From assembly GCA_001179505.1 (NCBI GenBank), contig CDMY01000571.1, positions 124,001 through 188,000 on the forward strand: 64,000 nt of DNA. The letters run 5' to 3'. The stretch is from Vitrella brassicaformis CCMP3155. Its lineage: Eukaryota; Protista; Chromerida. Below the pieces are notes generated by a model. That model ran no database searches, was not told the DNA's origin, and saw only the letters and a list, made by a program, of their open reading frames with translations. Positions 27,048 through 38,990 of this stretch are shown here, one piece after another. Position 1 is the first letter of the stretch. Every line of letters begins with the position of its first letter. The position numbers were made by a program, and so were the translations under genes.

Positions 27048-28272
27048 CGATGCCGTTTGCAAAGGAGGCTTCTCTCATCGAGGCTGAGGCCGGTAAGACC
27101 GATAAACACGAAACGCATCTCTGTCTGTCTGTCAGTCTGTCGTTTCCTTTCTCTGCGTGTGGGTTGGCCGTGGTGTCTGCAGGGATTGTGGCGCCTTTGC
27201 GCGAGTTTGATGAGGCCGGTCAGAGGGACGACGAGCTCCTCTTAAATCACTCCTACGCGGAGTTCCGGGCAGCGAAGCAGCGGCTCGAAGCTGCCAAAGA
27301 CGCGCTGGCGGAGCGACTCGCTGCAATGAACGGTATGTGTGCACACGATGGATGGATGGATTGATGAATGGATGGGTCCAGATACTCTGTGTTGGCAACT
27401 GGTGGAGCTCTACTGGGCGTCCGCTTTGCTTCTGAGGGCCGGGAAACGCGAGCTCGAGGATAACGCTGGAAAAGCAGCAGTTGTCGGGAAGCTTCTCTCG
27501 CGAGTCTTCGGCAGAACGCTCTCGCGAGTTGTGGAGGCCGTCTGGGGGGAAAAGGCCATCGCAGCGCGCATCAGCGGCTTACGAGCGGAGGCCGAGAGGT
27601 ACGATCGCCGAATGGACTTGATTATCGAGGATCTCGCCAAACGGCAGCAGGAAAACGACCTGAACGGTCGGTCGGCCGGCCAGCCAGGAGACTGAAGCAC
27701 ATGTGGGCATTAATGTAATGCAGGCACCGCCACCCTTGCGATGCTCGAGCAAGCGGAGAGGGAGTTCTGCGCGACAATGGCTATGGTACAAACCCATCCC
27801 GACAAGTATCGACCGAGAAAGGGAGACGATCCCTGGGGCGTCACGCGCCAGGCCTTTTCCAAGTTCAGCCGCCAAAATGCGTGGCACAGCATCTACTACA
27901 TACGCCGACGTGCGCCCAATGCCCGTAGGTGCAGTGCACATATGTGCTGTCTGCTGATCTGATCTGCCTGTGCGTTCTCCCTCCTTGATGCATTGATTCA
28001 TTGTCACTGTGCAATCAGCGCTGCCGCTGCTGATGAAACAGAAGGAGAGGGCCCGCGAGATGAAGGAATGGACGGAGAGAAGGGGGGCACCGTGGGGAAC
28101 TAGCGAGGATACGCAGGAAGTCCTGGAGCTGTACGAGCAGCAGCTGAAGGAGGCTGACGAGCGCATCAAGGAGAGGCTCGAGGCAATTGGAGTGGCGGAG
28201 CCGGCCATCGACACACAGCGCACCGCAGCGAGCAATAAGACCTCAAACAGGACGACCGATGAGTTGCTGTGA
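27048..28272 (+). CDS. Hypothetical coiled-coil protein, ~5 exons
   Basis: In-frame helical exons (MPFAKEASLIEAEA; EFRAAKQRLEAAKDALAERL; ELYEQQLKEADERIKERLE) are linked by GT-AG introns. No family recognised. Confidence 0.55.
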
Positions 28273-28786
28273 CTGGCCTATGAGTCAGAGGACGGGCAGG
28301 CAGGCCGTGTGTCAATCAGGTTTTTCCGTCGTAAAGGTTGTGTGTGCGTGTGCGTGCAGTGTCTCCGACAGGCAGGCAGGAAGTCAAGCACATACACACC
28401 ACAAGATAGCTAGCTAGGACGTCTCCGCGTGTCTTTTCAGTGAGGGAGCCATGCATGGCGGTGGCCGCTCAGTCGGACAAGCATGGCCGACAAGAGGGAT
28501 GTTGCGTCTGTGGGATGAGGAAAGGGGGACGGGGCGGTGGCGACTCGGAGTGCATATCCGTGACTGCACACATGAATTACCTGGCGCATGCACGACACAG
28601 GGTCACGAGCGACCACGGCTGAAATGCCTGCAACGCGAAAGATCCCCTTGCGGGCGGATCGCCGGAGGCTGTGCGAGCTTGACTTCGAGACGCGCTTACG
28701 AAAAGAGTCGTTTAGATCCGAACAAGGGCCCTAAGGGACAAAAAAGAGAGGGCTCGCGTTCGCGAGCGTCTATCTGGTAGCCGGTC

Positions 28787-29683
28787 ATGGCGTCCACGTC
28801 GAGCGAAGTCGATGAGGTTCTGAGAGCATGGTGCACGGACAATCCCCAGGTGATCGGCTATGTCGTCATGAACTCTGACGGTGAGTGGACCCACAAACGA
28901 CCAGAGTCACACGGACAGAGCGCCATTCAGCCGGGGGGAAAGGCAGCATATCCGCAGAAAGACAGACAACGGGCAAATGGGGGCGTGCAGATGAGGGCAG
29001 GGAGGCTGGCAGGGTAGCTCATGCGCACAGAAGCCAGGAAGGTCGCTGCTGGGCCGACACACGCGAACAGAAAGCCCGTCACTTTGTAGTGACTGTCCTC
29101 ATGGGGCCACTTATGCTCATCTCTCTGGCTCAAGGCTTTGCTCCGTCGTTTCCCCCCAGGCATCCCAGTCAAGTATCACGAGAAGCTGCCGTACGACAAG
29201 GCCGTCCAGTACGCAGCCCTGCTATCGTAAGGGACGCGAGGGAACGTATTGAGACGTCGAATCGCTGTCGCTCCTGTTTGTCTGTGTGTGGGGGGTCGGG
29301 TCGGATTTCCTCCTACAGGGATTTCTGTACGAGTTCAAGAAAGTGTCTCAAGGAGCTGCTGCCATATGTCGAGGTACGGGCCATGCACTAGGCTCATACT
29401 GTGTCTCGATCTCTCTGCCTGTGCGCTTGTGTGGTGGGTGGCAGAACGACTTGAATGCCGTGAGGATACGCACCAAGGAGCGCACAGAGATCATCGTGGT
29501 CAGCGCCATGGACTACGTGCTCATCGTCGTGCAGGCGAGTGACAAACGAACGAATGCACACATAACTCAGTGGTTCATCTGTGTCATGTCTGTGCGTTGC
29601 TCTGCTGTCGCTGCCTACAGAACTGCAGTGGCAAGCCCATTAACTACGATGAGGGCGAGGCCGCCAAGCCAGCAGAAGCGTAA
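28787..29683 (+). CDS. DYNLRB: Dynein light chain roadblock/LC7 family protein; 5 exons
   Basis: Spliced MASTSSEVDEVL...VIGYVVMNSD|GIPVK...AVQYAALLS|DFCTSSRKCLKEL...|NDLNAVRIRTKERTEIIVV...DYVLIVVQ|N matches the roadblock consensus (G..V.N.DGIP; L..LRIRTK..EI.V; Y.LIV.QN). Confidence 0.9.
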
Positions 29684-29864
29684 GGGCGGGCCTCGTCTGT
29701 TGTGTGCGTGCTTATGTGCCCGACGTTCAATGCAATGTTGACCGCTTTCATGCCTCCATGAACTGCTGCTACCGTGTCCTGCCGCTCTCTGTTCCACCCA
29801 CTGCACACACTTGGTCCCGCCCCTCCTATACACCTATCATCCCCCCACCTGTACCTCTCTCTCA

Positions 29865-30566
29865 TCATTGCCGCTTCGTGGTCATCAACTCCCCCGCCGT
29901 GAGCACGCTCGTAGCCAGCAGCCCCAACTGCATGAGCGCCAGCAGCGGCCCGCCCCCATTCAGCTGCTTCCGCTTGCTAGGCGACGCCAGATAAGACCAC
30001 CCGAAGCACACACGGCCCAGCAGGTACCCCACGCCGAACACGGCCGCCATGACAGGGTGGCGGAGACCGCCCCACCCCAGCAGCACCAGCACAACGGGCA
30101 AATTCTCGGTGTAGTTGCTGTGCATGCGGATGGCGCAGTTGAGTCGGAACCAGTCGACGTACGGCAGCTGGCTGCTGTACACGCCGCTGCCCATGTCGGG
30201 GTAGCCCTCCGGGTCGATGCCCTCGCCAAATGCCAAGAAATGCTCGCGCGCAATGGCTACCCACGGAGGGCGAGAAGAGGGCGGCAGGTGCGATGGTTGG
30301 AAGGGCTCAGAACTCGCCGCTGCTGATGGCGCCTCGTCACCATCGGCTGCCTCGTTGTAGGTCTGCTGCTGCTTGCTAAGTGCCTCGAGTCTGAGGATGT
30401 GCCGCCGGATCTGGGCCACGTACAGACCTTGGAGCGTGCTGCACACAACACAGCAACAGCCACATTCCGCAGACGGAGTTGCTGCATGCTTCATTCTTCT
30501 CACCAGTGTGTGACGAGGGCGCTGCCCGTCACGATGACCCATCCGTAAGCGCGCGGGTTGCTGCAC
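29865..30566 (-). CDS. MAPEG family membrane protein (microsomal glutathione S-transferase 3-like); 5' end uncertain
   Basis: GYPDMGSGVYSSQLPYVDWFRLNCAIRMHSNYTENLP followed by TM segments and YLLGRVCFGWSY fits the MAPEG FN..QRAH.N..E and GR..Y motifs. Confidence 0.82.
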   Translation of the reverse strand: MQQPARLRMGHRDGQRPRHTLVRRMKHAATPSAECGCCCVVCSTLQGLYVAQIRRHILRLEALSKQQQTYNEAADGDEAPSAAASSEPFQPSHLPPSSRPPWVAIAREHFLAFGEGIDPEGYPDMGSGVYSSQLPYVDWFRLNCAIRMHSNYTENLPVVLVLLGWGGLRHPVMAAVFGVGYLLGRVCFGWSYLASPSKRKQLNGGGPLLALMQLGLLATSVLTAGELMTTKRQ

Positions 30567-31057
30567 AGAGGTGCAGACGAAGTCATCGACAGTCTCTCTT
30601 TTCCCCTTCTCGTGCGAGCTTGCGATTTGCGAGCTTGATCGCGAAGGAGTGACGAGAAGGCGTCAGATAAGCAGTTTCGGCGTCTTCGTTGCTGCGTACA
30701 CCGTGCTGAAGAATTGGCATCAGATTCGCGCGAAATCTCACTATCTCTCCAGACAGCCGTCTTTTCCCGGCGACACATCTCTCTCTGTGCGACAGCCACG
30801 AGCGAAGCGCGTCAGCGGCGAGTCAGCAAGCAGTCGACGGGCAGATCGAAGCCGTTCTTGACTCGGCGGAAACCAGCAGAGCACTTGTTGACCCCAGGTG
30901 TGACGTGTGACGGTTCTGTCTGCTAAAGGAAGGTACAACGGACAGCAGCAAGGCACCGTGCTGCGCTAGTATTGGGAATCTCCAGTCCTTGTTGCGTTGC
31001 TTCGTGTGTGTCTGTGGTGTGTGTGTGTGTGTGTGGGTGTTTCCTCCAGTCAGCACA

Positions 31058-31962
31058 ATGGCCGGTTGCTGTAAGGGCTGTGGCGTTTGCGTCGGCCAGT
31101 CCATCCTGATCTTCAGCGGCCTCCTCGAGATACTCGCCGGCGCCCTCCTGATCGTCCTGGGCACCTCGGTGATGCCTGATTGGGCGACCGAGTCGACAGA
31201 CTTCTACCACTTCCACTCAAAGATGGGGTTCCTCATCGCCGGCATCGTTATCTTAGTGGTGGGCTGCTTCGGGCTGCTGGGCAACTACACCAAGAAGTGA
31301 GCATGGCATGGCAGAGAGAGAGGGAGGCCAGACGGGAGGGTTGTCTGAGGGTCGGTCAGTCATCACACACACCCCTGTCCTTGCTGCCCTTGTTGCGTCG
31401 TGTGTGTGTAGCTGTTGTTTGCTGGGTATCTATGTGATTGTGAGCATCATCATCGCCCTCATCGTCATGGCCACGGGAGCGACGCTGATGGTCTTCGGCT
31501 ACGCGGGCCCGTCGCAAATGCAGGCGGCCCTGTGTGACGACGACAACGACTTTGGCAAGTGGTGGTCGGCCGCCGAAAAAACCGTCCTCGACGAATGTAA
31601 GACACACCAACACACCCGTACAGGCGTCTCCTCTCTCTCATGTGTGTGTGTGTGTGTGTGTGTGGATGGCCTTCATTCAGGTGCTCCCAAGGGCCACTAC
31701 AACGCCTTTGCCTGCGGCGACGCCTTCATCGACCAGTTCGAGTCAGAGCAGGGCAGCCTCGATGAGGGCCACCAGCTGCCCAGAGACCAGCTGAGGTGTG
31801 TAAGCAAGCACCAATCAACCACAAACGTGTCACCACCCCAACACACCCCAACACTCTCTGGTGCCGTCTGTCTGTGTGCAGGGAGTTCCTGCTGGTGGGT
31901 CAGAAGATTGAGATGGGTTTGCAGTGCGGCGGCTTCTGCGAGTCGGGAGCGCCCATCTTCTC
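31058..31962 (+). CDS. Tetraspanin-like protein, copy A (3' end lies in the assembly gap)
   Basis: Three N-terminal TM helices with VVGCFGLLG and CCLLGIY, then an extracellular loop containing QCGGF. TM4 and the tail are seen in the downstream copy. Confidence 0.75.
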
Positions 31963-32262
31963 NNNNNNNNNNNNNNNNNNNNNNNNNNNNNNNNNNNNNN
32001 NNNNNNNNNNNNNNNNNNNNNNNNNNNNNNNNNNNNNNNNNNNNNNNNNNNNNNNNNNNNNNNNNNNNNNNNNNNNNNNNNNNNNNNNNNNNNNNNNNNN
32101 NNNNNNNNNNNNNNNNNNNNNNNNNNNNNNNNNNNNNNNNNNNNNNNNNNNNNNNNNNNNNNNNNNNNNNNNNNNNNNNNNNNNNNNNNNNNNNNNNNNN
32201 NNNNNNNNNNNNNNNNNNNNNNNNNNNNNNNNNNNNNNNNNNNNNNNNNNNNNNNNNNNNNN
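31963..32262. other. Assembly gap (300 N)
   Basis: N run. Confidence 1.
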
Positions 32263-33551
32263 TTCTCAACTTCTGCTGCCGTATTTTCGCTCTCTCTCTC
32301 TGTTTCTCTCAACGCTGTGGTGTGTCTGTCTGTCTTGTGTGTGGACGAAGAGGGCTGGGGCGGGGCTACTAGCTGAGCGGGTGCTTTGGTCAAGTCATTT
32401 GTGAGTGCGTGGCCGGCCTCCCCGCCTGACCACCTCGTGGCCATCGAGCAGACAGAAGGGCGGGCGAGAAAGGAGGGCATCAGCCAGCCTTTGCACACAA
32501 CGGCCTGCTTTCCCCCCTCCCCCTGCTGCTTGGCTTGGCTTGGCCTAATGTTTCTCGTGTGTTGGTCTGGTCTTTTTATCAAAGGACGGATGGGTTTGGC
32601 GCCGTCTTGCCTGGCTGAGAGCCGTGCGGACTGACTCATTAATTGTGATCGATGTGTTTATTGTGTGTCATGTGTGTGTATCTATGCATTTGATCAAAGA
32701 ATGGTCCACTCATGCCATGCAGCCACGGGCTCTCTCAGCGGGCCAGACCAACACAGAAATCACGTGAAACAGTCCACGCACACCACCCCGCCCTCTCTGC
32801 ACACACAGCCCACCCCTGCGCACATCCGTGTGTGGGAAGGTGCCTGCCTGCCTGCTGTGCAGTCCTGCGCACGCGCATTCACGAAATTCGCAAACCCTAC
32901 GCATAACTAGGGTTTAGCTGAGCACGTCAGCCGCCGCCCGGCTCCCCTGCAATGGGAAAAAGCCCTCAAAATCAGAGGGTGTTTACAGTTGCGAGCTTGA
33001 GTGGTACTAGGGGTCGCTAACGGCACATGCCCTCTCCCAAAACACAACAGCAGCAGAGAGGCTCACACACAGAGAAGCCACACACGAAGCGAGAAGCAGC
33101 CAGAAGGCGCCCCTCATGACATTTTCCTCTGTCTGTCTGCCTGTCGGCTCAGGAAGATGCTGCTGGATCTCAAGAAATCGGCCACGCCGTCAAGGGCCCT
33201 AGCAGACCTTTTCTCACCTCTTGATGAAGGTGCGATTCTGAGCTGGAGAGGCCTATATGTTATTTACTTCGACTACTTCCGGGTGATTGATACCTTTTCA
33301 CCAACTCGGGATACCTTTTCACCAACTCGGGATTCTTCTCATTACCCGCACACACAACCTCATTCCCTCTGCTTGGTAAGGCCTGATAGCCCATAGTCAC
33401 ATTATCTTGGAACACACGCCCTCACCTTCTGGCCTGCACCTTTTAAATTTCTGCGCGTCTTTCTCAGCTGCGACCCCGCCCCCCAGTCTCTCTCTCTCTG
33501 TCTTGTGTCGCTCAAATGCGCGTGTGTGTGTGTGTGGATGGCCTTCATTCA

Positions 33552-34240
33552 GGTGCTCCCAAGGGCCACTACAACGCCTTTTCCTGCGGCGACGCCTTCA
33601 TCGACCAGTTTGAGTCAGAGCAGGGCAGCCTCGATGAGGGCCACCAGCTGCCCAGAGACCAGCTGAGGTAAGCAAGCACCAATCAACCACAAACGTGTCA
33701 CCACCACAACACACCCCAACACTCTCTGGTGCCGTCTGTCTGTGTGCAGGGAGTTCCTGCTGGTGGGTCAGAAGATTGAGATGGGTTTGCAGTGCGGCGG
33801 CTTCTGCGAGTCGGGAGCGCCCATCTTCTCGGCCAACTCAGAGGAGGTACCCTACACAGAGAGACCAGAGGATGGATGCATCAGCTGTTCTCATGTCTGT
33901 CTGTCTGTCTGTGTGTGTGGCCGCCCGCCCGCAGGAGCTGAGTGAGACCCGCCCCGGCTGCGTGCGCGAGATCGGCGAGTGGCTGCGGACCAACGACGTG
34001 GGCCACTGGGGCACCGGCCTGCTGGTCGTTGGCGTCATCATCCTGCTCAGCACCTGTGTGGCCTGCGTGAGGTGTCGGCGGCAAACCACCAATGCGGCCG
34101 CCAGCAATGGCAACCCCGATGCGCCGTATGTTGTCAATGTGTACGGCCAGGCGGCCGACCCCAAGCAGGCCGGCTACGTCAACGGCGGATCCAACGCCAC
34201 CACTGCGCGGACCGACCAGCAGGGCTTTGCCTATGCCTAG
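33552..34240 (+). pseudogene. Duplicated 3' half of the tetraspanin-like gene (loop exons, TM4, tail), lacking TM1-3
   Basis: 33531-33831 is near-identical to 31661-31962. It continues with PGCVREIGEWL...TGLLVVGVIILLSTCVAC...GFAYA*. No 5' exons lie immediately upstream. Confidence 0.6.
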
Positions 34241-35664
34241 ACAGACGGCCGAGAGAGAGGGGGCAAGGGGCAGGGAGGGCTGGTTTGGGGCTTGTTTCTG
34301 GTTTGTGTGTGTTTCCTTGTGTATATGTTTGTTTTCTTTTTATGGAGAGGGGCAGGTCTGTCTGTGCAGCTCTGTGTGTGAAGGGGTGTGTGTGTGTGTA
34401 CCATACGTGTCGTCTATGTGTGTGTGAGACACTCTGAGGTCTGACTGACGACTCGACTCCACAAAGGACAGCGAGGCCTGCCAGCGAATTGACGGCGACA
34501 ATTCAGACTCACTTCTCAACTTCTGCTGCCGTATTTTCGCTCTCTCTATGTTTCTCTCAACGCTGTGGTGTCTGTCTGTCTGTCGTGTGTGTGGACGAAG
34601 AGGGCCGGGGCGGGGATACCCTGAGCGGGTGCTTTGGTCAAGTCATTCGTGAGTGCGTGGCCGGCCTCCCCGCCTCTGACCACCTCGTGGCCATCGAGCA
34701 GACAGACGGGCGAGAGGGGAGGGCAGCCAGTGTTTCCACACAACGGCCTGCCTTCCCCCCTCACCCTGCTGCTTGGCTTGGCCTAATGTTTCTCGTGTGT
34801 CGGTCTTTTTATCAAAGGCTGGATGGGCGCCGTCTTGCCTGGCTGAGAGCCGTGCGGACTGAGCCATTGTGATCGGTGTGTTTATTGTGTGTCACTCATG
34901 TGTGTGCATGTGTGTGTATCTATGCATTTGATCAAAGAATGGTCCACTCATGCCAGCCATGACCAACACAGCAATCACGTGAACCAGTCCACACACACAT
35001 GAATGATGCACACACAGCCCACCCCTGCGCACATCCGTGTGTGGGAAGGTGCCTGCCTGCCTGCTGTGCAGTCCTGCGCACGCGCATTCACAAAATTCGC
35101 AAACCCTACGCATAACTAGGGTTTAGCTGAGCACGTCAGCCGCCGCCCGGCCCCCTTGCAATGGGAAAAAGCCTCATCAAAATCAGAGGGTGTTTACAGT
35201 TGCGAGCTTGAGTGGTGCTAGGGGTCGCTAACGGCACATGCCCTCTCCCAAAACACAACAGCACCAGAGAGGCTCACACACACAGAGGCCACACACGAAG
35301 CGAGAAGCAGCCACAAGGCGCCCCTCATGACATTTTCCTCTGTCTGTCTGCCTGTCGGCTCAGGAAGATGCTGCTCGATCTCAAGAAATCGGCCACGCCG
35401 TCGAAGGCCCTAGCAGAGCTTCTCTGACCTCTTGATGAAGGTGCGATTCTGAGCTGGAGAGGCCTGTATGTTATTTACTTCAACTCCTTTCAGGCGATAC
35501 CCTTTTAGCAACTTGGGATTCCCCTAATGACCCGCACACACAACCTCATTACCTCTGCTTGGTAAGGCCTGTCTCCCTCTCTACTGCCTCAAGGAACCAC
35601 CCAGCGGCCCAACACGTCCCCCCCCACACACACACAACACCACATTGCCCCCTCTCTCGGCCAA

Positions 35665-37478
35665 CTAGTTGATGCCAAGTGTCACTCACTGCCCCCGCTC
35701 GTCGATGCGGCCCAGCTGCTGCCACCCACCAAACTGACAGTCGACATTACCCAAATGCTCGTTGAAGCCCTTGTTGATGGCCCCCTCCTCTATGCCGTGT
35801 CGGGCCGCCTCGTCCAGCCGGGCGATCTGCACCACCTCACGCACACCCACACGGCCCCGTGTGTGGACCACCTGGTGTGGGCGGCTGTCGGCTCTGATGG
35901 CGAAGCACTGCAGCGGCACCCGCACCGTCACGCCGCCCACATTGGCCGTCCCGCCCACTACCTCCCTGTTGCTGCTGGCATACAACGCCGACTGGATGAA
36001 GTGGTGGACGGCCGCACACACACGGCGGGCCATGTCGCTGTGCCGGATGCCGATGTTGACAGCGATGGCCTCACTGGCGGCGCCTTGGTCGAAGCACATG
36101 GCGGCGATGCGCCAGCCGATGGCCTCTGCCTCGTGTGGGCCGTATCCAGCGGGGGCGGGGGACGGACTGAACAGAGGTGTGCCGGGGGGCTGCAGCAGGT
36201 GGGGGAGGAGACTGGGGAGGGACCTCATCAGGAAGGCCGCCAGCGACCGCTGAGGGGCGAGGGCGGCATTCACGGCCGCCATGACCTCGGTGTGGATGTC
36301 GTTGAGCACTGCCGTGCACTGGGGCAGCACCAGCTGGCGATAACAACGGTCTTCGTGTGTGTCTGTGGGGATGCGGCAGATGTCTGCTTCGCTTCGCAGC
36401 AAAATGCGGACGTTCGTCTCATGAATGGGAATCTCACTGGCGGCATGGTCTCTCTCGTCTTGCTGATCGTTGACGTCTTGCGATGCCTCAGTCGATCCAT
36501 AGATTCTGCGGGCGGCCACATATAGGGGCGTCTCGTTGCGGTACCGCGTCCCTCTGTCGATGTCCGCTGCTGCCACATGGCGGCAGAGGTAGTCGGTCAC
36601 ACAGAGAGCGCCCCAACGTGCCGCCTCGTGCAGAGGCGTTGATCCAGACCCATTTACTGCCGTCAGACTCGCCCCGTTGTCCACCAGCAGGTCCAGATAC
36701 GAATCGATGAACGCCTGCGAATAGTGGCCTTGCTCCCTGTGGGCCGCGGTGTGGACCAAATCGCGTTCAATTGCGAGTGTGGCGTCGTGCTGGATGAGCC
36801 GCCGAAATATCGACAGCAACCGCTGCTCATACGCGGGGGACATCTGGATTCGGTCCCAGATGGGCCGCATGGGAAGCTGCATGACGAGGACAGGGCCACG
36901 GGGGGGGCGCACCGCAGCACCGCGCGCCAACAAGACCCTCATTGCGCTCTCATTGCCCCCACGGATAGTCATCCTGATGGGTTCGTTGTCCCAAAAGGTC
37001 GGCTCGTTCATGTCGGCGCCTCCGTCGATGAGGGCATTCAAGCTGGCCGCCTCGGCCTCAGGAGACGACCAATGAGGCAACGTGAGTGCGCAGCGTCGAC
37101 CATGGATGCCGAAGTCCACTGTCGGGCGCTGCCACTCTAATTGTCGATAGCAAGCGAGAGCAGCCCATACCGCCCTATGCGATGCCGATACCCGCAGTCG
37201 CATGCCTGGCTATCCAGCATCCGCAGCCGGACCTGATGGTTCGGGTCGGCACCATTGTGGATGAGGTCCGTCACCTGCTGCTGATTAGCGAAGGTCCGAC
37301 GAATAATGCCCTCAGTCAGCTGTCGGGTGGCTTTGCTGATACACAAACGACACAATCCAAGACTGCCAACATGGTGTGCCGACGGGACGTACCCTGTGCC
37401 ATCCCTGTGCCGGATGTCGATGTCCTCGAGCCGCAGACAGCCGTCAGGCAGCTGGCCCTGTGCGCTGGAGGCCATCAC
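35665..37478 (-). pseudogene. Ankyrin-repeat protein of an expanded lineage-specific family, copy 1 (disrupted)
   Basis: GSTPLHEAARWG and ETPLYVAA ankyrin motifs. TAG at ~37137 (TCG in copy 4), an adjacent 4-nt deletion, and TGG>TGA at 35686. Confidence 0.85.
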
Positions 37479-37906
37479 TCACGCGGCCTGCTCACACACA
37501 TCACAAGCAAAAGGCAGGTCACACAGGATGCCTCCTTCTCTCTCTGTGTGTAAACCCATTCGCACCTTATCAGTGAGTGTGTGATGCGTCGACTGTTCGT
37601 GTTCCTTGCCGTCTGTCAAGCAACACACACGTTAACAACAAGTTGCGTAACACCAAGCACACAAAGAGCCTTCACGGAACACGCAAGAGTCTTTTGTCCA
37701 ATGTAGGGAGGGATAGATAGGCGGAGGGGAGAGATGGCTACGCTATCCATCCATCTATCTATCGTATCTATCCTTCCTCATTCCGCAACACCTGTGCCCT
37801 CGGCCCTCTCTGCCTCTCTTCCAGGCACCTCTTCTCTGTGAGCGGAACAGAGGTTTGTACAACGGTTGATTGGTATCTAACCTTCCGCTGCGGTGAGGTT
37901 AAAGCC

Positions 37907-37930
37907 GGTTTAGGTTAGGGCGTAGGGTTC
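37907..37930 (+). promoter_or_regulatory. Degenerate telomere-like cluster between ankyrin copy 1 and ferredoxin
   Basis: ggtttaggttagggcgtagggtt. Confidence 0.4.
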
Positions 37931-38422
37931 CGAAAAAATGCTCTGCACGAGAAACCGCTGCTGCTCTGGACAAGCCTCAGGTAGGATGACAGGAGAGAAG
38001 CAGAGGAGCTTTGAACTTTGCGTCATTGTGTGACTGCAGAAATCTCGCATCTGAACTTCTGAATCTGAAGGGACTTGCATCATTCGGCTGCGAAGAGATC
38101 TGAGTCAGGGATTCCTCCCAATCTGTGCAGCCAGTCGCACCGTATCAGTGATTGTGTGCTTCATCACCCCGGCCTTGCCGTCAGAAGAAGGCAGCACGAG
38201 CAAGGCGGCGAAGAGGGAGCGAAGGCACACGATTTTCAACTCCGAGGGTCTCGCGGAGTGATAAGAGGACTTGCGAAGCGCCAGCCACTCCTCCCACACC
38301 CAGCCCCGCTCGCAATCTTCGCTGCCTGGTACGCGCAGCCGCACCCTTCATCTCTGGCAACGGGCAGACCTGACCTGCTTTGTCTCTCGCCTTCCCTCTG
38401 TGGGTGTCTCGGTGTGCAGATC

Positions 38423-38830
38423 ATGAAGCTTGCCGTCGCGGTCTTCGTTGCCCTCATCGCGGCCTGCTCGGCCATCAACCCGCGCTTCATCAACCGCTAC
38501 GTGCACAGGAACGCCCAGCCGGCCTTCATCGCGACGCCCGGGGGCTGCTCTCAGCTGTGCCACATGCAGCCGCTCAAGAGCCACCGCCGGCTGCCGGTGC
38601 AGACGGAGCTGGCACACAAGGTGACCCTCAAGACACCTGAGGGCGACAAGGAGATCGAGTGTGCTGACGACCAGTACATCCTCGACGCCGCCAAGGAGGC
38701 CGGCATCGAGGTCCCCTGCTCATGCAGGTGCGTGCCTGCGGCCGGCGGGGTCGCCGGTGGAGAGAGCGGGCTGTTCAAGTATGTCGACAACTCCATCATA
38801 CACGGCCCGGATGCTCACCTCCCCAAGTAA
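38423..38830 (+). pseudogene. petF: Truncated plant-type [2Fe-2S] ferredoxin with signal+transit leader
   Basis: MKLAVAVFVALIAACSA leader, then HKVTLKTPEGDKEIECADDQYILDAAKEAGIEVPCSCR. The C-terminal half (GACSTC...DQS...LTC) is not found downstream. Confidence 0.75.
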
Positions 38831-38990
38831 TTAGTGCCCAATGCTTGCTTCTTGGACGCAATCTGTTGTGTCATGTGTGTGTGCGACAGATATCCGCGTG
38901 CGGCTGACTGGTGCCTCATGTGCGGCAATGCGGTCTGTGTGTGTTTTAATGAGCGTCAGTGAAGGGCCCGGAGGGCAGATACACATTCGT

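Larger units (their letters stand above)
31661..35570 (+). repeat. Direct tandem duplication, unit ~2.2 kb (~31660-33385 including gap, and ~33530-35570)
   Basis: 32263-33385 aligns by eye with 34513-35570, with many substitutions and small indels. Homology ends at ggtaaggcct. Confidence 0.9.

Noticed and set aside
26661-27118. Short overlapping minus-strand ORFs
   Set aside because: No recognisable motif or consistent splice structure; cannot be supported.
27790-27810. HPDKY as a J-domain motif
   Set aside because: The surrounding helices do not match a J-domain (no YY.ILG upstream, no F..I..AY..L downstream); probably chance.
33154-33396. Exon-like RKMLLDLKKSATPS segment (twice, also ~35366) as a transposon or gene fragment
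   Set aside because: The two copies diverge with a stop and no family is recognisable; not called.
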